Below, in pieces: positions 41,095 to 51,477 of a stretch of DNA of 64,000 bases. Origin of the DNA: a bacterium. GTDB lineage: Bacteria > UBA8248. The number at the start of each line of letters is the position of its first letter. Position 1 is the first letter of the stretch. The notes below the pieces were generated by a model. The model was not told the origin of the DNA. It did not search any database and saw only the letters and a program-made list of their open reading frames with translations. The stretch lies in assembly GCA_965219955.1 (NCBI GenBank), contig OZ244799.1:960001-1024000 (forward strand), given 5' to 3'. A program made the position numbers and the translations under genes.

Positions 41095-43906
41095 GGTCGA
41101 TTGCGCGGGACGCTCCCGCTCTCCAGTGGACGGAGATTTTCCGGATCCGGGCCCTCAGGCATGCCTCGGGAGACAAACCGAAGCACCTTGCGAGTATTTC
41201 CGTTACCTTCGGTTTCATGCCGTCCCCATAGCGCAGCGTGAGGTGCAGGCGGATGACGGCGTCCGTCGGTGGTTCGAACGTGAAGCGGGCGATGGATGGC
41301 CGCGCGTCGAATTGCTTTATCTTTCCCTTGTGTTCGCGCGTGATTTCAATGCTTTTCTCATCCATGAACGCTTCGATGGTGGTTTCGATTCGCCTATCCT
41401 GCGCTTCATGCGGGTCCAGGTCTTTTCGCAACAGGGAAATTTCATAGGTCGCCGCGCTGAGCGCATTGGCGGAGGAAGGCGTTTTCCCCTCGATGCGCCA
41501 TCCGGAACGGGGCCTGAGGCCTCGCGGGAGTTCCCGTTTCAGGTTTTTGAATAAATCGCCCAGCCGGATTTGTCCGTCGACCTCCAAAAGCGAGAAATCC
41601 ACCACCTCCGCGCGGCTTTCCACCCCGACGGGCAAAGCATGGGAGAAGACGATTTTGGGATGCGGGTTGAAGCCTTTGGAGTGTTCGAGGCGATAGCCCG
41701 CGCGCTGAATGGCGCGGATGAAGGTTCTCAGAATCTCCAGGTGACTCAAAAAGCGCAGGTCCCCGGATTTTTCGTAGATAAACCTGAATTTGCGGATGGG
41801 GGCGTCGGGCTGTTCCTCGCCGAGGCCGGGATTGTCGTCGTGCGCGCCCTCGAAGCCCACCGGAACGGGGCCGGACTCCCGGGCGACGCTCTTGCGCCTC
41901 CTCTGCCTGGGACGCTGCGCCTCGGGCCGGGCCTTGGCGATGGCGAGTTCCACCGGCTCGGCGGGAGAAATATCCAGTCCGGGCGGCAAATCCGCCGCCT
42001 GAGCCATGCCGCCAGCCCGGATGGGCGCGTTGATGACCGGGAGAGGGGAGTTCCCGGGCGGCAGGGGTTTTTCGTAGTGGTATTTGATGCCCTTGTATTT
42101 ATCCAGAATCCCGCATTGGCCGCACGCCTCGTAGCGGCAATCGCCGATGGTGACCTCTCGCAGGGAGCGTTTCCAGTCGGCGAGTTGGTACTCCTTCGTC
42201 ACACCGCAGTCGAGGTGGTCCCAGGGCAGCGGGGCGTCTTCGGCTATTTCGCGGTAGGCGTACCATTCCGGGTCGAGGCCATGGGCTTCAAAGGCGGCCA
42301 TCCACTTCCCGTAATCGAAAAACTCCATCCAGCCGTCGAATTTGCATCCCATGTCGACCGCCGTCTCGATGACGTCCGCCTGGCGGCGGTCGCCCTTCGA
42401 GATGACCGCCTCCAGAAAACTGTGTTCGGGGTTCGACCAGTGCAGCTTGATCCGCCGGTCGGGTACCGCCCGCTTGATGAAATCGAGTTTCGCCTTGATT
42501 TCCTCTTTCGTGTTCTGGGGGAACCACTGGAACGGCGTATGGGGTTTCGGCACGAAGGTGGAAAGGCTGACGTTGATGAAGCGGAACGGCTCGCCTGTTT
42601 TTCGCGAGCGCATCTTCATGCAGGAGGCGAGCATGTCCGCCATTTCCTGCAGGTCGTCGAAATTCTCGGTGGGAAGTCCGAGCATGAAATAGAATTTCAC
42701 GCCCGGCCAGCCGGTATCGAGGATGTCCTGAAGGTTTCGCTTGAGGTCCGCCTCGGTCAGCACCTTGTTGATGACGTTGCGCAGGCGCTCGCTGCCCGCC
42801 TCCGGCACCAGGGTGAAGCCCGTGCGGCGCACCCGCGCAATCTGGGCCAGGAGGTCCGGGCTCATCGCACCGACGCGGAGCGACGGCAGGGAGATGGAGG
42901 TCTGCATGGGAGCGAGGCGCTCCATCATGCGGGGCACCAGGCCCTTCAAGGGCTGATAATCGGCGATGCAGAGCGATGAGAGGCTGATTTCTTCATAGCC
43001 TGTGTTCTTGAGGGATTCCTCGGCGAGTTCGAGGACTTTGTGCGGCTCCCGGTCCCGAACGGGGCGGTAGACCATCCCCGCGTGGCAAAAACGGCACCCC
43101 CTCGTGCACCCGCGCTGCACCTCGAGCGTCACCCGGTCGTGAACCACCTGGGTGTAGGGGATGACGGGCTGCGTGGGGTGGGGCGAATCGTTCAAATCCT
43201 CCAGCACGCGCGCCAGAACGGGTTCCTGGTGTCCGCTGACGTGATGGAAGCTCTTCACCTCGCCGTCGGACTCGTGCTCGACCATATAGCGGCTCGGGAC
43301 GTAGATTCCGTCGATCTCCTCCAGCATCCCGAGCAGCGTTTCCCTGGGCGCGCCCGTTTCCCGCCAATTTTCGTGAGTCTTGATGACTTCGGGGAAAAGT
43401 TCCTCTCCGTCTCCGAGGGCGACGACGTCGAAGAAAGGCGCCATCGGCTCTACGTTGAACGTCACGGGACCGCCTGCGATGACGAGCGGGTCTTCTCTCC
43501 GCCTTTGGGCGGACCGCCTGGGGATGCCGGCCAGATCGAGCAGCAAGACGATGTTGCTGGCGGCCAGTTCGTAGAGAAGCGATATTCCCAGGATATGGAA
43601 TTCCCGGACGGGCGTTCGGCTCTCCAGCGTGGTCAGGAGCGCATTCTTGCTTCTCAGGATGGTTTCGAAGTCATCCCAGGGGAGAAAAACCCGCTCGGCG
43701 GCGACGTCTTCGGCTTCGTTCAACAGGTGATAGAGTATGCGGATGCCGTTGTGCGACATGCCGACTTCGTAGGTATCCGGGAAGGCGAGAGCGACGCGGT
43801 TCTTCACCCCGGCGAGGTCTTTGTGGATCGAATTGACCTCGTTGCCCAGATAACGCGAGGGTTTCTGGACGAATGGGAATACGTCCCGTGCGTAGTCTAA
43901 ATTCAT
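41084..43906 (-). CDS. B12-binding radical SAM protein (TIGR03960-like) fused to TIGR03936-like domain
   Basis: KPSRYLGNE, FPDTYEVGMS, RGCTRGCRFCHAG (CxxxCxxC), then LRFLSHLE...GFNPHPK...ALPVG; start approximate. Confidence 0.85.
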   Translation of the reverse strand: MNLDYARDVFPFVQKPSRYLGNEVNSIHKDLAGVKNRVALAFPDTYEVGMSHNGIRILYHLLNEAEDVAAERVFLPWDDFETILRSKNALLTTLESRTPVREFHILGISLLYELAASNIVLLLDLAGIPRRSAQRRREDPLVIAGGPVTFNVEPMAPFFDVVALGDGEELFPEVIKTHENWRETGAPRETLLGMLEEIDGIYVPSRYMVEHESDGEVKSFHHVSGHQEPVLARVLEDLNDSPHPTQPVIPYTQVVHDRVTLEVQRGCTRGCRFCHAGMVYRPVRDREPHKVLELAEESLKNTGYEEISLSSLCIADYQPLKGLVPRMMERLAPMQTSISLPSLRVGAMSPDLLAQIARVRRTGFTLVPEAGSERLRNVINKVLTEADLKRNLQDILDTGWPGVKFYFMLGLPTENFDDLQEMADMLASCMKMRSRKTGEPFRFINVSLSTFVPKPHTPFQWFPQNTKEEIKAKLDFIKRAVPDRRIKLHWSNPEHSFLEAVISKGDRRQADVIETAVDMGCKFDGWMEFFDYGKWMAAFEAHGLDPEWYAYREIAEDAPLPWDHLDCGVTKEYQLADWKRSLREVTIGDCRYEACGQCGILDKYKGIKYHYEKPLPPGNSPLPVINAPIRAGGMAQAADLPPGLDISPAEPVELAIAKARPEAQRPRQRRRKSVARESGPVPVGFEGAHDDNPGLGEEQPDAPIRKFRFIYEKSGDLRFLSHLEILRTFIRAIQRAGYRLEHSKGFNPHPKIVFSHALPVGVESRAEVVDFSLLEVDGQIRLGDLFKNLKRELPRGLRPRSGWRIEGKTPSSANALSAATYEISLLRKDLDPHEAQDRRIETTIEAFMDEKSIEITREHKGKIKQFDARPSIARFTFEPPTDAVIRLHLTLRYGDGMKPKVTEILARCFGLSPEACLRARIRKISVHWRAGASRAIDHAV

Positions 43907-44227
43907 TGTAATCAACCTGTTAGAGCCTCTCGCCATATGCGGTGAGGCATATATTCATCTTTCAGGTTCCCGACCTGCGCCTATTGGGGGTCTGGGCGAA
44001 CCGATCCCTTATAATGACGGAAACGGAAGGAATTGGCAACCGGGGTATATGCGGAGTGCGCACCGTCTCGTTTCCGGGCGAATGCTCCCGCATGTTGGTC
44101 GTCAGGTTTGCACGATTGCGCTTTGCCGTAATTCAATATAGCAGGTATTTTCTCAAAGTGTTTCCGGGAGATATGTATGATTCTACGAATTCTTGACCAC
44201 CTCTAATCGACTCGGGGAGTTTCGCTG

Positions 44228-45691
44228 ATGGAACCGATGAATTTCTTGCTCTTGATGGATGATGAGCACACCCAGCAAACCCTGGGTTGCTATGGCCACC
44301 CACTCGTGAAAACGCCGAACATCGACGCGCTCGCTGCGGGGGGCACGCGGTTTGAGAGCGCCTATACGAACTGCCCCATCTGCGTGCCTGCCCGCGCGAG
44401 TTTCGCCACGGGCAGGTATGTGCATGAGATCAGCGCCTGGGACAATGCTCACCCCTACGAGGGAGAGCCGCCGAGCTGGGGTCATCGCCTTCAGGAAGCC
44501 GGCGTGAGAACCACCTCGATCGGCAAGCTCCACTACCGAAACGCCGAGATCCCCGTGGGTTTCGACGAGCAGATCATCCCCCTGCATCTGCCCAAAGGCG
44601 GAATAGGTGATATCCACAGCGCGGTTCGCGATGAGCAGGGCCTGCCTCCCAGGAACAATCCGGAGTGGATGGCCGAGCGCATCGGGCCGGGAGACTCGAA
44701 ATACATCGCATATGACGGGCAAATCACGGAATTGGCCTGCGAGTGGATAGCTCACGAAGCGCCCAGGCACGGCGAGCGTCCCTGGGCGTTGTTCGTCTCC
44801 CTGACGTGCCCTCATTTTCCCTTCATCGGGCCGCCCGAGTTTTACGAGCACTATCCGCTGGAAGACATTCCCCTGCCCAAGCCGCACCCTTCGGGTGGTT
44901 ACGATTGGCACCCGTGGATCGCGGCGCTTCATGAATGCGCCCCGTACGATATTTATTTCGATGACCACAAGCGCCGCGTCGCTCTGGCGTCTTATTTCGC
45001 CATGATCAGTTTTGTGGATTCGAACGTCGGAAAAATCCTGAACGCCCTGGAGGAATCGGGTTTTCAGGACAACACGCGGGTGCTCTTCGCCAGCGATCAT
45101 GGGGACAATCTGGGCGAGCGCGGCCTTTGGGGAAAATCCACGATGTATGAGGAATCCGTCTCCGTGCCTCTCATCGTCTCAGGCCCGGGCCTTCCGAAGG
45201 GCAAGGTATCGCGAACGCCGGTCTCGCTTATCGATCTTTATCCCACGGCGCTCGATTGCGCGGGTTTGCTCGAGAGCGGCGAGGAAGCGCGGCTGCATGG
45301 CGATTCCATGTTCCGGCTCGCGAATGAGCCCGACGACCCCGAGCGCGAGATTTTCAGTGAATTCCACGCGCTCGGCGCCAAGACGGGGTTGTTCATGATT
45401 CGTCGCGGACGCTACAAGTACATCCATTACGTGGGGCACGAACCCGAACTCTTCGACCTGGAGACCGACCCCGAAGAGCGGCGCGACATCTCCGGGAGCC
45501 CGGCGCACCAATCCATCCTCTCGGAGCTTGAAGCGTGCCTTTTCCGCATCCTGGACCCCGATGAGGTGGACAGGCGCGCAAAAGCGGAGCAGGCGGCGCT
45601 GGTCGAGCAGCACGGCGGGCGCGACGCCGTGATCGCTATCGGGAACAGTTTCGCGTCTCCGCCCCCGGGAGAGAAGGAGTACGGGGAATAG
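44228..45691 (+). CDS. Cys-type sulfatase (choline-sulfatase-like), no signal peptide
   Basis: CVPARAS (CxPxR), GKLH, PHFP, SDHG, MYEES, ELFDLETDPEE. Confidence 0.88.
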   Translation: MEPMNFLLLMDDEHTQQTLGCYGHPLVKTPNIDALAAGGTRFESAYTNCPICVPARASFATGRYVHEISAWDNAHPYEGEPPSWGHRLQEAGVRTTSIGKLHYRNAEIPVGFDEQIIPLHLPKGGIGDIHSAVRDEQGLPPRNNPEWMAERIGPGDSKYIAYDGQITELACEWIAHEAPRHGERPWALFVSLTCPHFPFIGPPEFYEHYPLEDIPLPKPHPSGGYDWHPWIAALHECAPYDIYFDDHKRRVALASYFAMISFVDSNVGKILNALEESGFQDNTRVLFASDHGDNLGERGLWGKSTMYEESVSVPLIVSGPGLPKGKVSRTPVSLIDLYPTALDCAGLLESGEEARLHGDSMFRLANEPDDPEREIFSEFHALGAKTGLFMIRRGRYKYIHYVGHEPELFDLETDPEERRDISGSPAHQSILSELEACLFRILDPDEVDRRAKAEQAALVEQHGGRDAVIAIGNSFASPPPGEKEYGE

Positions 45692-45697
45692 GGGAGG

Positions 45698-46840
45698 TCA
45701 GCTGAACATGGAAGAGAGGCTCTTCCTCCTCACGCCGACGTTCAAGACCAGGCCGATGGCGATGAAAGACGAGATGGAGGCGCTCCCCCCGTAGCTGACC
45801 AGGGGAAGCGGGATTCCGACGATGGGCATCAGGCCGAGCGTCATCCCGATGTTGAAGATGACGTAGAGGAAAAACGCCGTGGCGATGCCTATGGCGAGCA
45901 GGGCGCCTTCCTTGTCGGCGGCGTTCAGCGCTGCGCTCAGACACCGCAGAATGAAAATAACGAACAACGCCAGGACAGTGACGCTGCCGATAAAGCCCAG
46001 TTCTTCGCTCAGTACGGAGAAGATGAAATCGGTGTGTTTCTCCGGCAGGAAATGGAGCCTGCTCTGCGTTCCCTGGAGAAGTCCTTTGCCCCATATTTCC
46101 CCGCTGCCGACGGCGATGATGCTCTGCATGCTCTGGTAGCCGGCGCCGAGGGGGTCGGCGTCGGGGTTGAAAAGCGTCAAGATTCGGCGGCGTTGATATT
46201 CCTTGAGAAAAAACCAGCCCAGGGGCGCGCACGCGACCGCCAGGCAGCCGATGGTGATGATGACTCTTTTTTTGACGCCGACGGCGAGGACCATTGCTCC
46301 CGCTATCAGGAAAACGGTGAGCCCGGTGCCCAAATCGGGTTGTCGAACGATCAGCAGCACAGGCGCGAGCACCAGTAAAAGCGCCGGGAAGAGTTCTTTG
46401 AACCCCACGGGTTCTTCTCCCACGCGGGAGCCGAAATATCTGGCCAACACGAGGATGACCGCCAGGCGCGCGAGTTCGGAGGGTTGCAGGCGCAAGGGGC
46501 CGAAAACGAGCCAGCGTTTCGAGCCGCCGACCACCTGTCCCGAGAAGAGGACGGCGATGAGCAAAACGATGACGAGGGCGTAAAAGAAATAAGCCCACCG
46601 CGTAAAGAAGTGGTAGTCGAAGAAGAGGATGGTGAGCAGCACGCATAATCCGATGGATGACCACAGCGCTTGCTTGAGGTGCAGGGAATTATTCAGGAAA
46701 ACGGGGTTGGAATGAATGGCGCTGTAGATCATGTAGACGCCCGTCAGGCTGAGCAGAAGCGTTGCGAGAACGAGCAGCCAGTCCATCTGCGCGACGGCTC
46801 GCTGAAAAGGGGATGATTGAGAAGTAGCGATGCCTGTCAT
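45698..46840 (-). CDS. rodA: Rod shape-determining protein RodA (SEDS)
   Basis: QPSE, QPDLGT, PEKHTDFIF, GIPLPLVSYGGS. Confidence 0.95.
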   Translation of the reverse strand: MTGIATSQSSPFQRAVAQMDWLLVLATLLLSLTGVYMIYSAIHSNPVFLNNSLHLKQALWSSIGLCVLLTILFFDYHFFTRWAYFFYALVIVLLIAVLFSGQVVGGSKRWLVFGPLRLQPSELARLAVILVLARYFGSRVGEEPVGFKELFPALLLVLAPVLLIVRQPDLGTGLTVFLIAGAMVLAVGVKKRVIITIGCLAVACAPLGWFFLKEYQRRRILTLFNPDADPLGAGYQSMQSIIAVGSGEIWGKGLLQGTQSRLHFLPEKHTDFIFSVLSEELGFIGSVTVLALFVIFILRCLSAALNAADKEGALLAIGIATAFFLYVIFNIGMTLGLMPIVGIPLPLVSYGGSASISSFIAIGLVLNVGVRRKSLSSMFS

Positions 46841-48738
46841 CGCCGCTCTCCCCGAGCCCGCCTGAGCGGGGCGGGCTGTTTTTCTTCGGTCGCGTCGTTC
46901 GAGGCGAGAATCCTTGTTTCGTTTTTCTTGAGATAAAAGGAAATGAGCTCTTTTGCGTACGGGGCGAAAAAAGACCCCGGCCTGCCGGCGTTTTCTCCTA
47001 AAATGGCGATCGCGATGGAGGGGTTTTCGTAAGGGGCGAAAGCGACGAACCAGCCGTGGTCCCGGAATTTGCGCGGCAATTCCTCGGGCTTCCTTTTGCG
47101 GCCCGTGTATTTGAGGTCGACGGTCTGGGCGGTGCCCGTCTTGCCGGCCACGGAGATGCCGGGCACCCGGGCCTTTTTCGCCGTACCTTTTTTGCCATGG
47201 ACGGCTTCCTTGAGCCCTTCTCGAACTTTCCGGAAGATTTTCCGGGATATCGGGATTTTGCGGATGAGTCGGGGCCTGGATTCGAAGAGCGGCTTGCCAT
47301 CGGGGCTCAGCACTTTTTCCACGACGTAGGGTTTCCACAGGTTGCCGCCGTTCGCCACGGTGGCGATGAGGTTGGCGGCCTGCATGGGCGTGATGAGATT
47401 AAAGCCCTGCCCGATGGATACGCTGATCGTCTCGCCTTCGTACCATCTTTCCTTGAATCGGCGGCGCTTCCAGGCATCCGACGGCACGAGCCCTCCTTTT
47501 TCGGCCGCTCCGAACCCGGTGGGTGAGCCCAGGCCGAACATGCGCGCGTAGTGCGCGATTTTCTCGATGCCCAGCTTGTGGCCGTTCGTGTAGTAGTAGA
47601 CATCACAACTCTGGGCCAGGGACTGGATGAAGTCGATGCGTCCGTGCCCCCCTTTCTTCCAGTCCTGAAATATCCTTTTTCCGAACGGAAATGAGCCGTG
47701 ACAAAGGATCTTCTCATTGGAACGCGCGACTTTCTCGTTGAGAATCGCGAAACCCATCACGATTTTGAAAATCGAGCCGGGAGGGTATTGCCCCCGGATG
47801 GCCCGGTTCTCGAGCGGCTTCAAGGGGTCTTTCATGAGGCCTTTCCAGTCTTTGGCTTCAATGCCGCCGGCAAAGATGTTCGGGTTGAAGGATGGCTTGC
47901 TCACCATGGCCAGAATCGCGCCGTCCGACGGGTCGAGAATGACGATGCTGCCCTCGTGCGCTTCGAACAAATCTTCCGCCTTTTTCTGGAGTTCCATGTC
48001 AATCGTCAGATAGACGTTGTTCCCCGCCTTTTCCACAAATGGGCGGACGATGCGCAACTCTCGTCCGTAGGCGTCCACCTCCACCTGTTTGAAGCCGCTT
48101 TGCCCGCGGAGGAATCTTTCCTGGGTTCGCTCGACGCCGTATTGTCCGAGCAGGTCTCCCTGCCGGTAGTTTCGTTTTTTCAGGCGTTGCAGCTGGCGGT
48201 TGCTGACCTCTCCCAAATAACCCAGGAGATGGCTCGCCTGTTCTTTGGAGGGGTATTGCCTGAGAGGCGTCACTTGAACGAATACGCCGGGATATTCCGG
48301 CTTGTGCTCTTCCAGGAAGGCCATGGTTTTGCGGCTGATGTCCGCCTTGATCAGAAACGGCCGGAAGGGATTCGCAAGCCGCGTTCTTTTGTAGAGTTCC
48401 TCAAACGGTTGTTCCGTGATCTCGGACAGCAGCCGAATCGTCTGTTTCAGTTTTTTTACATTTTCCCGGATGAGATAAATGTTGAACGACGCGCGGTTGT
48501 CGGCAAGAAGCTCTCCATTCGAGTCGAACACCATGCCCCTGGGGCTTTGCACGAGGCGGTAAGCGATCCGGTTGTCTTCGGAGAGGGTTCGGAATTTTTC
48601 GCCCTGGATCACCTGAAGGTTCCAGAGTCTGATGAACAGGCCGAGAAGAATGAGGCCGAAACAGATGCCGAAAATGAGAACACGCCGCCTGAGCGCGTCA
48701 CTCGTCGAGGGATTTGAGTTGAACGGCGACTCTTTCAT
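46837..48738 (-). CDS. mrdA: Penicillin-binding protein 2
   Basis: PPGSIFK (SxxK), SCDVYYY, AGKTGTAQ. Confidence 0.95.
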   Translation of the reverse strand: MKESPFNSNPSTSDALRRRVLIFGICFGLILLGLFIRLWNLQVIQGEKFRTLSEDNRIAYRLVQSPRGMVFDSNGELLADNRASFNIYLIRENVKKLKQTIRLLSEITEQPFEELYKRTRLANPFRPFLIKADISRKTMAFLEEHKPEYPGVFVQVTPLRQYPSKEQASHLLGYLGEVSNRQLQRLKKRNYRQGDLLGQYGVERTQERFLRGQSGFKQVEVDAYGRELRIVRPFVEKAGNNVYLTIDMELQKKAEDLFEAHEGSIVILDPSDGAILAMVSKPSFNPNIFAGGIEAKDWKGLMKDPLKPLENRAIRGQYPPGSIFKIVMGFAILNEKVARSNEKILCHGSFPFGKRIFQDWKKGGHGRIDFIQSLAQSCDVYYYTNGHKLGIEKIAHYARMFGLGSPTGFGAAEKGGLVPSDAWKRRRFKERWYEGETISVSIGQGFNLITPMQAANLIATVANGGNLWKPYVVEKVLSPDGKPLFESRPRLIRKIPISRKIFRKVREGLKEAVHGKKGTAKKARVPGISVAGKTGTAQTVDLKYTGRKRKPEELPRKFRDHGWFVAFAPYENPSIAIAILGENAGRPGSFFAPYAKELISFYLKKNETRILASNDATEEKQPAPLRRARGERR

Positions 48739-48739
48739 C

Positions 48740-49261
48740 TCAGATTCGCTCCGGGTAGGGCGTGTCCGCCTCGGATGGTAGCACCTTTTCCTCCATCTTT
48801 CCCAGAAGGCTGATGACGATGGGCGCCAAAACGACGGTCAAGCCCGCCGTCTTGATCGAATCCATCCAATAGGTGATGGGCAGGATTTGTGAGGGCACGA
48901 ATATCTGCACGAGAATGAAAGAACATAAAATGTTGAATATCGAGGCGAAAAACACCACCGCGCAGTGAAACACGACGAAGCGCGCCGTCATATTGGGTTT
49001 CAGGCCGCCCGTATAATGGCCAATCAGCCCTTTGAGCAGCGCGTTGAAGCCCAGCAGGCCCCCTGAGAGCACGTCCTCGAAAATTCCGAGGCTGAATCCT
49101 CCTATCAGGCCCGTTTCCCTGTCGCGATTCAGACCCAGGTAAATTGTCGTGAGAAGCATGGCGTCCGGCCTGGCGCCAATCCAGATCGAGAAATAATCCG
49201 CCACGGACGTGTGCAGGACAATTGTCAGGATGGCGAGTATAATATAAAATAAAACAATCAT
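48740..49261 (-). CDS. mreD: Rod shape-determining protein MreD
   Basis: Hydrophobic, PD...GIFEDVLSG; between mreC and mrdA. Confidence 0.88.
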   Translation of the reverse strand: MIVLFYIILAILTIVLHTSVADYFSIWIGARPDAMLLTTIYLGLNRDRETGLIGGFSLGIFEDVLSGGLLGFNALLKGLIGHYTGGLKPNMTARFVVFHCAVVFFASIFNILCSFILVQIFVPSQILPITYWMDSIKTAGLTVVLAPIVISLLGKMEEKVLPSEADTPYPERI

Positions 49262-50091
49262 TTCCAGGGACTATCCTTGGGCTTCGTCATCAGGATCAGC
49301 GCCTCTTCCAGATTGGAAAAATCCACAATCGCCTTGGCCTTTATATTCGGGAAAAGCCCTCTGACGTCTACGATTTCCGTTATGTGGGCCACGGGGAGTC
49401 CTTTGGGAAAAATGCCCCCCAACCCGGAGGAAATGAGCAGGTCTCCACGCTTCATTTCCGCGTTGAACGGCATGTAGCGCACCTCGCTCTCTCCTTCCGA
49501 GGAGATGGCGAAAACCCCCTGCGCGCGCGAGCGCTGGGCGATGACGTTGACGGCGCTTCTCGAGTCGAGCAGGGTCAGTACCTGGCTCACGTTGTTCCCT
49601 ACACGGGTAATTCTTCCCACGAGGCCTTCCTGGTGTATGACCGGCATGTTCTTGCGCACGCCATGTTGCGAGCCAAGGTCCACCAGCAGCGACTCTCCAT
49701 AGATGCTCCTGTTGCGAGCCACGATCCGGGCGAGGCGAACAGGCGTCTCCTGACCCTTGGAAGCGGCAAGCAGTTTCTCCAGACGCGCGATTTTCGATTT
49801 CAACTCCTGCACCTGCGCATGGTTCGCCCTGAGCGATTGCAGCTTCTGTTTCAACACGACGTTTTCTTCATGCGCATTCTTGAGGAGCAGGTATTTTTGC
49901 CAGAGTTCGGCCGACCATGTCCTGGGGATGTCGGCGACCCGGATGGTCGATCCGACGAGGGAGAGAAGCGCTCTTTCAATCAGGGTGGATTGTCCCCGAA
50001 AGCGCACGCTCAGCGTCATGAGCGTGAAGCAGACGACAAACAATCCCAGGAGGAGGGCCAGGCTTCTGCGTTCGACGAAAAACTGAAACAT
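49258..50091 (-). CDS. mreC: Rod shape-determining protein MreC
   Basis: TM + coiled coil, GLVGRI, SSGLGGIFPKGLPV. Confidence 0.92.
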   Translation of the reverse strand: MFQFFVERRSLALLLGLFVVCFTLMTLSVRFRGQSTLIERALLSLVGSTIRVADIPRTWSAELWQKYLLLKNAHEENVVLKQKLQSLRANHAQVQELKSKIARLEKLLAASKGQETPVRLARIVARNRSIYGESLLVDLGSQHGVRKNMPVIHQEGLVGRITRVGNNVSQVLTLLDSRSAVNVIAQRSRAQGVFAISSEGESEVRYMPFNAEMKRGDLLISSGLGGIFPKGLPVAHITEIVDVRGLFPNIKAKAIVDFSNLEEALILMTKPKDSPWK

Positions 50092-50170
50092 AGTATTCTA
50101 GGGTTGATTATCGGAAACGCGTGAAAGCGCTATTGCGGGCAGTGACCGAAGCTTCTTTGAAGCAAGGCGG

Positions 50171-51229
<1,059 letters not shown>

Positions 51230-51477
51230 TTATTCCATGGGCGGTATTTCGATTCGGCCTATGATTACATTCCAAGTGAGAATACTCAAGGAAACCGGCA
51301 ATATCAAGGATAAAGGCGCTCGATTCGATAAAAATTTTATCGGGCAGCGGGCCGGGTTCGTGAATATCGTCTCCTCCGGTTTGCGATGACACGAGAGGTG
51401 GGCTATTTTCTCTCTTGTTTGCCGCTGAAATCGTGCTCGATCGCATGGGTGGTCGATTTAGAAGGAGTGCAACATTG

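Noticed and set aside
45698-47338. 546-aa extended RodA (likewise the extended ArgF, ThiD, LivF and Rrf2 ORFs)
   Set aside because: The extensions overlap neighbouring genes; internal starts give normal-length proteins.
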